From: an uncultured Chloroflexia bacterium
GTDB taxonomy: Bacteria; Chloroflexota; Limnocylindria; Limnocylindrales; CSP1-4
Direction: 5' to 3'
Length of the DNA stretch: 64,000 nt
Assembly: GCA_963763775.1 (NCBI GenBank)
Contig: CAVXPZ010000004.1
Coordinates: 64,001-128,000, forward strand
Position 1 is the first letter of the stretch. Each line of letters opens with the position of its first letter. The position numbers and the translations under genes are program-made. Below the pieces are notes generated by a model, which was not told the DNA's origin, did not search any database, and saw nothing but the letters and a program-made list of their open reading frames with translations. Shown here one piece after another: positions 48,399-58,218 of the stretch.

Positions 48399-50102
48399 GT
48401 GCTTGTCAGCGTCGTCATCCCGACGTACAACCCGGGGCGGTATCTCGATGCCGGCATCGCCTCGCTCATGGCCCAGACGCTGCCGTCTGATCAATTCGAG
48501 GTCGTCATCGTGGACGACGGGTCGACGGATGGCACTCCCGCCCACCTCGAGGCGCTGGCGACGGAGCACTCGAACATCCGCGTCGTCCTGACCGAACACT
48601 CGGGCTGGGCCGGCCGCCCGCGAAACGTCGGCATCCACCATGCCCGAGGCGAGTTCATCCAGTTCATGGATCAGGACGACCGCCTGGCCCCGGACGCGCT
48701 CCGCCGTCTCGTCGCGACGGGTCGGCGGAACCATTCCGACGTCGTGCTCGGCAAGTCGACCTCGGACTTCCGCGGCGTCGCCCTGTCCGTGTTCGCGAGG
48801 AACCGCGACGCCTGCACTATCTACGACTCGCCCGTCATCAATTCGCTCACGCCGCACAAGATGTTCCGTCGCGCGTTCATCGAGCAGCATGGCCTCGCAT
48901 TCCCCGAGGGTCGGCGTCGACTCGAGGACCAACCATTCGTCCTGAAGGCGTACTTCGCCGCAGCCGTGATCTCGATCGTCGCCGACGCGCCCTGCTACTT
49001 CTACCTGGGACGGGACGACCGCGGGAATGCCGGTTCGACGCGGATGGAGCCGGTCGGCTACTACGAGAACGTCCGCGAGGTCATCGACATCCTGCTCGCC
49101 AATACCGAGCCCGGCAAGGACCGAGACCGACTCATGCGACGGTTCGCTCGAGTCGAGTTGTTGAATCGCCTGAGCGGCCCGTACTACGTCCGCTGGCCAT
49201 CCGAGTTCCGACAGGCCGTGTACGAGAACGTCCGATCCGTGTATCTCGACGTCGTCCCCGAGTCGGCCGAAGCGGACCTCGGGGCTGTCGGGCGACTGCG
49301 TGCCCGGCTGCTTCGCGACGATCGACCCGACGCCCTCCTGGAGCTCGCGACGAGGATGCTGGACCTGCGGGCGGTCACCCGGGTCGAGTCTGCCCACTGG
49401 ACCGATGGTCGGCTCCTGATCGCCTTCACGGCCAGGATCGAGTTTGCCGATGGCTCGCCGGTCGAGCTCATCCGTCGCAGCGGGCGCACGCTGCTCGATC
49501 CGCGACTGACGGACGAGGTCGTGGACCTGCCGTTGGACGTCACTGACGCCGTCGGAAGCGTTCGCGTCGGGGTCGTGCTGCACGAGCGAACGACCCACGT
49601 CGAGTGGGCGGTGCCATCGAAGGTCGCGCTCGCGCGCCTCGACGGCGGCGGCGACCCGGACGGTGCGTCGCCGATGCCGCTGGCCTTGCGTGGCGAGATC
49701 GGCATCGATCCACAGACCGTCGCCGTCGGTCGACCGCTGGCACCCGGCGAGTGGGACATCCGCTTGCGCGTTGCCGCGTTCGGTCTCGACGTCGCTATCG
49801 GATTGGGGTGTGACCCGGACCCTGACGATGCCGTGCAGGCCGTCCCGCCGCTCTTCCACGCACCAGGTCGGCTCGTCTCCCTTCGCCGGTCGAACGCCCA
49901 CGGCACCGAGTTGGCGGTCGAAGCGGTCGATGGCTTGCCCGTCGGCATCGAGGTCTACCGCCCGCCCCGACCTGGCGCTGTGGCCCGCCTGCGACGCTCG
50001 ATCGTTCCCGGGGCCTGGCGGCTCTACGACCGCCTGCCGCCTCGCGCGCGGCGGCGGACTGCCGCGATCGTCCGCCGCCTCCGCGTGCTGGCCAAGGGCT
50101 AA
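48399..50102 (+). CDS. GT2 glycosyltransferase
   Basis: SVVIPTYN, VDDGSTD, PRNVG, DQDD and LED motifs. Confidence 0.9.
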   Translation: MLVSVVIPTYNPGRYLDAGIASLMAQTLPSDQFEVVIVDDGSTDGTPAHLEALATEHSNIRVVLTEHSGWAGRPRNVGIHHARGEFIQFMDQDDRLAPDALRRLVATGRRNHSDVVLGKSTSDFRGVALSVFARNRDACTIYDSPVINSLTPHKMFRRAFIEQHGLAFPEGRRRLEDQPFVLKAYFAAAVISIVADAPCYFYLGRDDRGNAGSTRMEPVGYYENVREVIDILLANTEPGKDRDRLMRRFARVELLNRLSGPYYVRWPSEFRQAVYENVRSVYLDVVPESAEADLGAVGRLRARLLRDDRPDALLELATRMLDLRAVTRVESAHWTDGRLLIAFTARIEFADGSPVELIRRSGRTLLDPRLTDEVVDLPLDVTDAVGSVRVGVVLHERTTHVEWAVPSKVALARLDGGGDPDGASPMPLALRGEIGIDPQTVAVGRPLAPGEWDIRLRVAAFGLDVAIGLGCDPDPDDAVQAVPPLFHAPGRLVSLRRSNAHGTELAVEAVDGLPVGIEVYRPPRPGAVARLRRSIVPGAWRLYDRLPPRARRRTAAIVRRLRVLAKG

Positions 50103-50998
50103 CCCAGCCGCAGGTCCGGGATGACCTCGTCGATGAACCGCCGGTACGTGCCCATCGTGTCGAAGTTGACCTGGAAGTGGGACACGCCGTGGTCGATCAT
50201 CGTCTGCATCTCGCGGACGACGTCCGCTGGCGTGGGGCCGAACGGGCGGAACAGCGCGTCCGGGTAGAAGGAATGCACGTAGGTCGGCTCGAAGGTCGAT
50301 GCGTCGTCCGGCATCGAGACGTCGATCCCGGCGGTCAGCGTGATCTCCTCGAACGGTCGGCCGATGGCCTGGCAATGCGCCTTCAACGTCTCGTACGGCC
50401 CTTGGTACATGGCATCCCACGGGCCGTCCCAGTTCCACCAGTCCGCGAGCCGGGCCGTGACACCGAGCGCCTTCGGCCCGTTGGTCCCGACCATGATCGG
50501 GATCGGCGGGTCGGGGCGCGGTTCGCAGTACGCGTTCTCCACGTGGTAGTACGTGCCGTGGTAGGTCGCCGGCGACTGCGTCCACATCGTCCGGATCAGC
50601 TCGATGGTCTCGGCCAGCTGCGCCACTCGGACGCCCGGGGTCGGGTAGTCGTAGCCGTAGGCGCGGTACTCCTCGTCGTGCCAGCCGGCCCCGAGGCCGA
50701 GGATGAACCGGCCGCCGGTCAGGTGCTGCAGCGTGGCCGCCATCTTGGCCAGGAGGGCCGGGTTCCGGTAGCTCTGGCTCAGGACGAGGTGGCCGTAGCG
50801 GAACCGCGGAAAGGCGGCGGCGAGGTACGCGAGCTTCGTCCAGCCCTCGTCGACCGGGTCGGCATCGAACTGGAGGTGGTCGGAGATCCAGACCGTGGTG
50901 AACTCGGGCGGCGCCATCTCGAGGACGGTCCCGATGTGGTCCATGAGGCCCACGCCGTCCGGCGGCTCAGGAAAGCCCTGGAAACCGAGGTCCGCCAC
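50099..50998 (-). CDS. LLM-class flavin-dependent oxidoreductase
   Basis: WISDH, YRNPALLAKMAATL and GRFILGLGAGW motifs. Confidence 0.92.
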   Translation of the reverse strand: MADLGFQGFPEPPDGVGLMDHIGTVLEMAPPEFTTVWISDHLQFDADPVDEGWTKLAYLAAAFPRFRYGHLVLSQSYRNPALLAKMAATLQHLTGGRFILGLGAGWHDEEYRAYGYDYPTPGVRVAQLAETIELIRTMWTQSPATYHGTYYHVENAYCEPRPDPPIPIMVGTNGPKALGVTARLADWWNWDGPWDAMYQGPYETLKAHCQAIGRPFEEITLTAGIDVSMPDDASTFEPTYVHSFYPDALFRPFGPTPADVVREMQTMIDHGVSHFQVNFDTMGTYRRFIDEVIPDLRLG

Positions 50999-51129
50999 GT
51001 CCCAACCTCCGGTGCTGACTGATCCCCGCGATCTTCACAGCCTAGTCGGCGCGCGTCGCCGGAGGTGGCCGTTGCGTGGGGCGGCGATGCGCAACGGGAT
51101 CGTCCCGATGTGGGGTCTGCGGCCTCGGA

Positions 51130-52095
51130 TCAGGCGGACTTGCGCCGGCGGGCGGGCTTGGCGTTCTCGGCGGCGGCGTCCTCGGCCCCGGTGTCTTCGG
51201 TCTCGGCGGCCTCGGCTGCGTCGTCCTTGGCCTTCGCGGCCGTCTTGGCCTTGGCCGTCTTGGCGGCCTTCGCGTCCGCGACGGACACCGGCGCCTCGTT
51301 GCTCGCCTCGCGCTTGGCCTTCGCGTCGGCGACCGACGCCTCGAGGGCGGCCATCAGGTCGATGAGGTTGCCGGTCTCCTCGGGCTGCTCGATCTCGACC
51401 GTCTCCTGGCCCTGGACCTTGGCCTCGATGATGGTCTCGAGCGCCTCGCGGTACTCGTCCTTGTACTGCGCGGGGTCGAACTCGCCGGTCATCGCCGACA
51501 CGAGCTGCTGGGCCATCGCGACCTCGGCCGGCTTGAACGTGAAGTCCTCGTCGGGGAGGTCGAGCTCCTTGGTCGAGCGGATCTCGTCGGGCCAATGGAG
51601 TGTCGTCAGCAGCATCGTGTCGCTGAACGGGTCCAGCGCCGCGAGCGCCTCGCGGTCCTTGATGACGACCTTGCAGATCGCCGTCAGGCCGTCCGCTTCC
51701 AGCACGGACTTGAGCAGGTAGAACGCCTTGCGGCCGATCTTGTCGGGCTCGAGGTAGTAGGCGCTCTTCACGAACCGCACCGCCGCGTCATCGCGCTGGG
51801 CCTTCGTGAACTGCTCGATCTCGATGGAGCGGACCGTCTTGAGCGGGACGCGGTCGAGGTCCTCGTCCGTGATCACGACGTACTCGCCAGGCGAATACTC
51901 GTAGCCCTTGACGGTGTCGCCGCGGGAGATCGGCTCGTCCTCGACCGGGCACCAGACCTTCATCTGGATCCGCGACAGGTCGTCCTTGTGGAGCATGTTG
52001 AAGCTGATGCCCTTCGACTCCGTCGCGAGGTACAGCTTCACCGGGATGGTGACCAGCCCGAACTGGATGGCCCCCTTCCACATCGCTCGCGCCAC
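51130..52095 (-). CDS. ku: Ku NHEJ protein
   Basis: RAMWKGAIQFGLVTIPVKL, KGYEY, YYLEP and DLMAALEASV motifs; basic tail. Confidence 0.96.
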   Translation of the reverse strand: MARAMWKGAIQFGLVTIPVKLYLATESKGISFNMLHKDDLSRIQMKVWCPVEDEPISRGDTVKGYEYSPGEYVVITDEDLDRVPLKTVRSIEIEQFTKAQRDDAAVRFVKSAYYLEPDKIGRKAFYLLKSVLEADGLTAICKVVIKDREALAALDPFSDTMLLTTLHWPDEIRSTKELDLPDEDFTFKPAEVAMAQQLVSAMTGEFDPAQYKDEYREALETIIEAKVQGQETVEIEQPEETGNLIDLMAALEASVADAKAKREASNEAPVSVADAKAAKTAKAKTAAKAKDDAAEAAETEDTGAEDAAAENAKPARRRKSA

Positions 52096-52250
52096 GGCAC
52101 AACCTCAGGCTTCGCGCCGATCGCCCACGAGTCTCCGGCCCAGGGCTGTCGGGACCGTCACCTTAGCGCACGAGCGCAACCAGCGACGTCGACGCGGCGG
52201 CGCCGAGCGTCAAAGCGACGTGACAGCCGCGACCGGACGGGACGGCGGTC

Positions 52251-54713
52251 CTACCTCGCGACGAGGAGCGCGTCGAGCTGGGCGGTCCCGGATGTGACCA
52301 CCTTCAGCGAGATGCGGTGGGCGCCCACGCTGCCGAACGCCGCGGTGTAGACGATGCGGTGCGGGTGGTACGCACCGCTGCGCAGGTTCACGGTCCGCTT
52401 GTAGACCCCGTCGACGTAGACGGCGATCTTCGCGCGACCCGGACCGATCGGCGCGACGACCGAGACGCTCCGGCCGGTGAACGAGGACGACATCACCGAG
52501 CCCTTTCGCGTCGAGCCGTGCAGCGTCTTGCGGATCGCGACGCCCGACGTGGTCCGGCCCCAGGCGGGCGAGTACTTGATCGTCGATGATCGATCATCGA
52601 CGATGCCGACGGTGATCGGGTTGGTCGGGGCGACCCAGTCGCTCCAATTGCCGACGCCGTCCTTGGCGCGGAGGCGGGCTTCATACGTGGTGCCGACCGC
52701 GAGCGCGCGGGTCAGCGAGCGCGCGGACGCGGCCAGGGAGGTCGCCGTGCCCCACTCCCCGCCGTCGGCGCGGAGCTGGATCTGGTACCCGCTGATACCG
52801 GTCGACGGGTCCGTCGCGGCGGCCCACGTGAAGGTGATCGGCGCGCGGGTGTTGCTCGCGGAGCCGCCGCTGACCGTGGGCCGCGCGGCGTGCGCCGTCG
52901 GCTTGTCGTTCTCGACCACCACGGTCGCCGTCGCGGTGTCCGTGCGGCCCTGATTGGTCGCTGTGACCGTGAGGCGGTACGTGCCGGCGGGCGTCGGGTC
53001 TGGCGCGGTCACGCTCAGGCTCGTGCTGTTCGCGGTCCAGCCCAGCAGGCTCGACGTGGCGAGGGTCGCCTTCCAGCCGGCCGGGATGTCGGACACGGCC
53101 AGCCGGACGCGCTCGAAGAACGTGGTGCTTCGCGACAGCGTGATCGGCACGACGGTCACCCCGCCTGGCTCGCCCAGGAGCGGCGGGGTCCCGGCGGCCA
53201 CCGAGAACGTCCCGAGCGGGCCGATCCGGGAGACGTCGAGCAGCTTCTCGTGCTTGGAATCCGGGTCGGTGGAGGTCTTCCAGTCGAGGTTGCCGAGGTA
53301 CTGGAGCGCCTCCTTGACCTCCTTCGGCGTCGCGTTCGGACGACTCGACTTGTAGAGCGCGACCGCGCCGGTGACTGCCGGGGCCGCCATCGACGTGCCC
53401 GAGGAGTAGGCATAGGTCGGTCCCGGCTTGGTGGACCAGATGCATTTGCCCGGGGCGATCAGGTCGACATCCGCGCCGTAGTTGCTGAAGTCCGCGAACG
53501 TGTCGTCCTTGTCGTAGCCGCCCCACGAGTAGCAGCGCTTGCCGCCCAGGCCGCCTGGCTTGCCATCCGTATCGGCCAGGGCCGAGACCGTGATGACCTC
53601 GTCATACGAGGCCGGGATCTTGTGCGACGCGTTAGCGTGATCGTTCGCGGCCGCCGCGACCACCGTGATGCCACCGGCGACGAGCCGGCAGATCGCCTGG
53701 TGGAGGATGTCCTTGTTCGTCTTGCCGCAGTTGTGGTCGTCCGACCCGGCCTTCGCCACGCTCATGTTCACGGCCTCGAAGAGCGGCCGCGAGGCGTCGT
53801 GGGGATCGCGCTGCGCCAGGATCCAGTCGAGCCCGCAGACGTACCACGAGAGCTTGCCGTAGCCGTCGGCGTTGAGGATCCTGACCGCCCACAGCCGGGC
53901 GCCCGGGGCGACGCCGACGACGCCGATGTTGTTGTCGAGCGCCGCGACCGTGCCGGCGACGTGCGTCCCGTGGCCGTTCGCGTCGGCCCAGTTCGAGCGG
54001 TTCGTGGTGGAGCAGTTGTAGCCACCGGCGATGTTGAGGTCCGGATGCGGTCCGATCCCCGTGTCGACGATGGCGACATCGGCATCGACGCGCTGGTCCG
54101 AGCCGTCGATGGCGGCAACGGTCGAGGTCCGGGCTCCGACCCGGGCGACGCCGGTCGGGATCGTCTGCGCGGTGATCTTGATGATCTCGTCGGGCACGAC
54201 CGCGACGACGTTGGGGTCGCGGGCGAGCGCGCGGCGCTGGGCCAGGTCGAGATGCGCCGTGAAGGCGTGCGCCACCTTGGTGAACTCGCGGCCGGCGTCG
54301 ATGCCGTCCGTGACCTCGTGCTTGTCGACGACCTCGGCCGTGTCCGCGGTCGACTTGAGGACGACGATGTACTGGCCCGCCACGCTGAGGCCGCCGTTGG
54401 GCGCCGAGGCCGCGGGCTTCGTCGGAACGGGCGTGGTGCCATCGGGTGCGGCGTCGGGCGTCGTCGCCGGGTTCGGGTCCGGGGTCGTGGCCGGGTCCGC
54501 GACGGGCGGAACCACCGGGTCCGGGTTCACCGCAGGCGTGGGATCGGGTGCCGACGTCGGGTCGGCGGCCGGTGATGGATCGGGGGTCGGCGTGGGCTCG
54601 ACCGTCGGCGGATCCGAGGGTGTCAGCGCCGGATCGGGCTCCGCCGCGCTCGCCGGACCGGCCGAGAAGACGACCAGGGCAGCGAACAAGATGGCGGGGA
54701 GCCGGCGACGCAT
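52251..54713 (-). CDS. Secreted S8 subtilase with Pro/Thr-rich N region, I9-like propeptide and beta-sandwich C-terminal domains
   Basis: DTG, HGTHVAG and GTSMAAP triad; signal peptide; SD GGAG. Confidence 0.93.
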   Translation of the reverse strand: MRRRLPAILFAALVVFSAGPASAAEPDPALTPSDPPTVEPTPTPDPSPAADPTSAPDPTPAVNPDPVVPPVADPATTPDPNPATTPDAAPDGTTPVPTKPAASAPNGGLSVAGQYIVVLKSTADTAEVVDKHEVTDGIDAGREFTKVAHAFTAHLDLAQRRALARDPNVVAVVPDEIIKITAQTIPTGVARVGARTSTVAAIDGSDQRVDADVAIVDTGIGPHPDLNIAGGYNCSTTNRSNWADANGHGTHVAGTVAALDNNIGVVGVAPGARLWAVRILNADGYGKLSWYVCGLDWILAQRDPHDASRPLFEAVNMSVAKAGSDDHNCGKTNKDILHQAICRLVAGGITVVAAAANDHANASHKIPASYDEVITVSALADTDGKPGGLGGKRCYSWGGYDKDDTFADFSNYGADVDLIAPGKCIWSTKPGPTYAYSSGTSMAAPAVTGAVALYKSSRPNATPKEVKEALQYLGNLDWKTSTDPDSKHEKLLDVSRIGPLGTFSVAAGTPPLLGEPGGVTVVPITLSRSTTFFERVRLAVSDIPAGWKATLATSSLLGWTANSTSLSVTAPDPTPAGTYRLTVTATNQGRTDTATATVVVENDKPTAHAARPTVSGGSASNTRAPITFTWAAATDPSTGISGYQIQLRADGGEWGTATSLAASARSLTRALAVGTTYEARLRAKDGVGNWSDWVAPTNPITVGIVDDRSSTIKYSPAWGRTTSGVAIRKTLHGSTRKGSVMSSSFTGRSVSVVAPIGPGRAKIAVYVDGVYKRTVNLRSGAYHPHRIVYTAAFGSVGAHRISLKVVTSGTAQLDALLVAR

Positions 54714-54842
54714 GGGCGCTCCATCGTGCTGGGGCATCGGGAGGAGCACGGGCCATCTGGCGTCCTCCGCGCTCCTACCCAGTCTCCCCCACGAGGCAAG
54801 TCGTGCCTACCGCCCCTTCGTCCCGGTACCCACTAGCCCCTC

Positions 54843-54992
54843 CGGGCGAGCCGAGAGGCCGATCTGACGGCGGCCGGGAGATGTCGTGCCTGCAGGGATC
54901 GAGGGAGCCGCCCGGCACACGGGCAGGACGGTCCTCACCCCAGGGATGCGGCTCCCGCCTCAGGACTTCGCGAGGTGGACATTCGCCGACGG
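54843..54992 (-). ncRNA. c-di-AMP (ydaO/yuaA)-like riboswitch, divergent
   Basis: Ordered blocks GGCGAAU, GGGAGCC, UGGGGUGA, GCAGG, CCCG..CCGUCAG, CCUC.GGC; GGCGA/UCGCC closing stem; ~130 nt upstream of a secreted protease. Confidence 0.55.
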
Positions 54993-55670
54993 ACGGGTAG
55001 CGGGGCGGCAGACGTGACGACGTCGTGGCAGCGATCTCGCGCTCGCCCGGCGAACCCGCGTCGACCGAGACCGGATCGTGGCTGGCCTGGACTTCGGCGG
55101 CGGTCGGCCAGGGCCGTCGGTCTCGCGGTGTACGAGTAGGTCGTGAAGAACGTTCCGCAAACCGATCCGAGACACCGGTGAAATGCTCCGTGCCGTCGCG
55201 CGGAAGCGCGACTGTTCGGGTCGACGTGGTTTCGACACGTGTCGATACCCAGCAGCCGACGAGGCGCCGGCGGCATAGCCGCGATCGCCACGCTCCCTGC
55301 GGCCGCAGGTACCGGAGGATGCTCGCCGATGACCACGACGGAGCCAGCCGACGCAGCATGCCGGACGAGCACGAAGGCGGCGATGGTCGATGGCGGTCGA
55401 AGTCTGAGCACCTCACGGCGTTGCGAAGTCACGGTGTGGCTTCCTGGCGGCCAGGGCGGACTCGCCATTCACCCGGCCGAGCTGGGCGACCGGACGGCCG
55501 CGGGCCGTCGGGCGCCGGGCCTCTGCTCTCTCCGTCGCGGGCATCGTCGGAAATCGACCCGATGCCTCACAAGTGGGAAATCGGTCACCGATCGGGCGAT
55601 TCTTGCCACTCCGGGGTGGGAGCGATCGCGTTCATGGCCGCCCGTTTCGGACGAGCCGGACGCCGTCTGA

Positions 55671-56701
55671 CTAGTTGTCGGTCGCGACGATCGGGGCGTA
55701 CTTCCGCCGGTAGGCAGACGGCGTCATGCCGGTGGTCCGCTTGAAGAGCCGGCGGAAGAAGCGTCGGATCCTCATAGCCCACCGAGTACCCGACGTCATC
55801 GACGCGTGCCGCGATCCGGTCTCGAGGAGCTGGCGTGCCTCCTCGATCCGCACGGCGTGGACATAGTCGATCGGCCGACGGCCGGTCGCCGCCGCGAAGC
55901 GACGGGCGAACGTCCGGCTGGTCAGACCCGAACGCTCGGCGATCGGCGGCGACCGGGTTCGAGGCGCGCGTAGTTCTCCGAGATCCACTCGAGGCATGCC
56001 CGGATCACGGCGTCATCGGTCCGGGTCAGCCGCGTCATCGCCGTGAACGGCAACTGCCCGTCCTCGTGTCCTGCGAGGAGGTAGACCTTCGCGGTCCGCG
56101 ATGCATGTTCCGGGCCGCAGAACCTCGCGATCAGGCGGAGGGCCAGGTCCTGCCACGAGGTGACGCCGCCAGCCGTGATCAGGCCATCGTCTTCGCTCGA
56201 GAGGTCCAGGATCGCTCCGGGCTACGAACCGGATCTTCGGGTAGGCGGACTCGAACAGCTCCCGGTACGCCCAGTGGCCGGCACACGACCGACCATCGAG
56301 CAGGCCCGACTCGGCGAGGAGCAGTGAGCCCGTGCACACGGTGGCCACCAGGGTGCCGCGACCGTGCATCCGTTGCAGCCATGCCGTTTCGACGGCGAAG
56401 CGATCCCCGGGCGGCGTGTCGATGGGCGTGTACATGTCGCAGACGACCACTGCGTCGACATCGTCGACGTCCGCGAGGGCCGCGTGCGGTTCCACGGGGA
56501 TGCTCCCGAAGCAGCGGAATGGCTCCGCGCGATGCCGCGACGATGGAAACGTCGAGCAGCGGGTCACCGGTCGTCGGCCGCGGTCATGTCCGGCCACATC
56601 GGGCCGACGGACATGAGCACGTCGTAGAGCCCGTAGAGGACCGACGCGGACGTCTCCGGCGCCGCGAGGAGCGCGATGCGAGGTCGGCGTGTCGGTGTCA
56701 T
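55671..56701 (-). CDS. GlxA-type DJ-1/PfpI-AraC regulator (several frameshifts)
   Basis: VCTGSLLLAESGLLDG, HWAY, TAGGVTSW, RTFARRF and GYEDP..FRRLFKR..GMTP.AYR spread across frames. Confidence 0.85.
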
Positions 56702-56800
56702 GTTTGTCCCGACTCTGTGGATTTCGACTCTTCCAGCATGGCAGCCCGACATCGAGACTGTCAGCGTCCAGCGACGACGATCGAGGGCGAGGGAACGATC

Positions 56801-58198
56801 ATGACGTTCGAGGCCCCGGCCGCCGCGAAGCTGCGCTCGACGCGTCCGGGGACGGGTGCTGGTCCGAGGGCGACCCGGACTACGATGTCGCTCGCCGCGT
56901 CTGGAACGGCATGATCGACAAGCGTCCCGCGCCTCATCGTGCAGGCGTGCCGGCGCGGATGACGTCGCGCCGACGATCGCGTTCGCCCGCGAGACTGGGC
57001 CTGCCGCTCGCGATCCGTGGCGGGGGCCACAACGTCGCGGGCCACGGGACCGTGGATGACGGGATCCTCCTGGACATGGGCCGCCTGACGGCCGTCGAGG
57101 TCGACCCCGACACGCGACCGGTCCGCGTCGGAGCGGGAGCGACCCTCGCCGACATCGATCGCGCGACCGAGCCCTTCGGGCTGGCGGTGCCGGTCGGGGT
57201 GGTTTCCGGGACGGGCATCGCCGGCCTCACGCTCGGCGGTGGCGTCGGCTGGCTCACCCGCCGATACGGGCTGACCATCGACAACCTCGTCGAGGCTGAC
57301 ATCGTCCTCGCCACGGGCGAGCTGATCCGGGCGAGCGCCGAGGAGCACCCGGACCTGTTCTGGGGCCTGCGCGGCGGCGGCGGCAACTTCGGGGTCGTGA
57401 CCTCGTTCACGTTCCGCGCCCACCCACTCGGCCCGGAGGTCTTCGCCGGCACGCTCATCTACGAACGCCCGCGCTGGGACGCTGCGCTCGCGCGCCTACG
57501 CGGAGTGGACGGCCGACGCCCCCGACGAGGTGACCACGCTGATCACCTTCATGGTCCCGCCCGTCGACTGGGAGCTGGGTGACCGCGTGCTGATGTTCCT
57601 CGGCTTCGCGTGGGCGGGACCCGATCGGCGCGAGGGCGAGGCGGTGATCGGCCGACTGCAGGCCGCCTGCCCGCCTGACGTCGCGGTCACGGACCCGACA
57701 CGCTGGGTCACGTTCCAGTCGGCGTTCGATGCGGCGATGCCGAAGGGCGTCCGCGCGTACTGGCGAAACGCCTGGTTCGAGCGAACTGGACGGCGACGTC
57801 ATCGACGCCCTGACGGAGGGCTGCGGAGCGCAATCGTGGTTCGGGACGGCCGCGGACCTTCACCACATGGGCGGGGCGTTCGGGCGGGTCCCGCGAGGAC
57901 GCCACCGCGTTCCCGGATCGGTCAGCCTCGTTCTGGCTCAACATCTACGGGTTCTGGCCCGATGCCGCAGACGACCCGGCGCGCATCGCCTGGGTCAAGG
58001 CGTTCTCCGACGCCGTTCGGCCGCACGCCATGACCAAGCAGTACGTCAACTTCCTGGGCGAGGACGACGACCCCGCGCTCCAGAAGGCGTTGTCCGTCTA
58101 CGGGCCGTCGAAGCTGGATCGGCTGCGGTCGCTCAAGCGCCGCTACGACCCGCAGAACCTGTTCCGCGATCAACCACAACATCCCGCCCGACGCCTGA
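56801..58198 (+). CDS. FAD-binding oxidoreductase, BBE family (several frameshifts)
   Basis: RGGGHNVAG, GLTLGGG, DLFWGLRGGGGNFGVVT, YVNF and KRRYDPQNLF motifs. Confidence 0.88.
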
Positions 58199-58218
58199 GG
58201 TCGGCCGGGCTCTCCTGC

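Noticed and set aside
54420-54645. Repetitive Pro/Thr/Asp-coding stretch in the S8 gene
   Set aside because: This is an ordinary flexible linker after the signal peptide.
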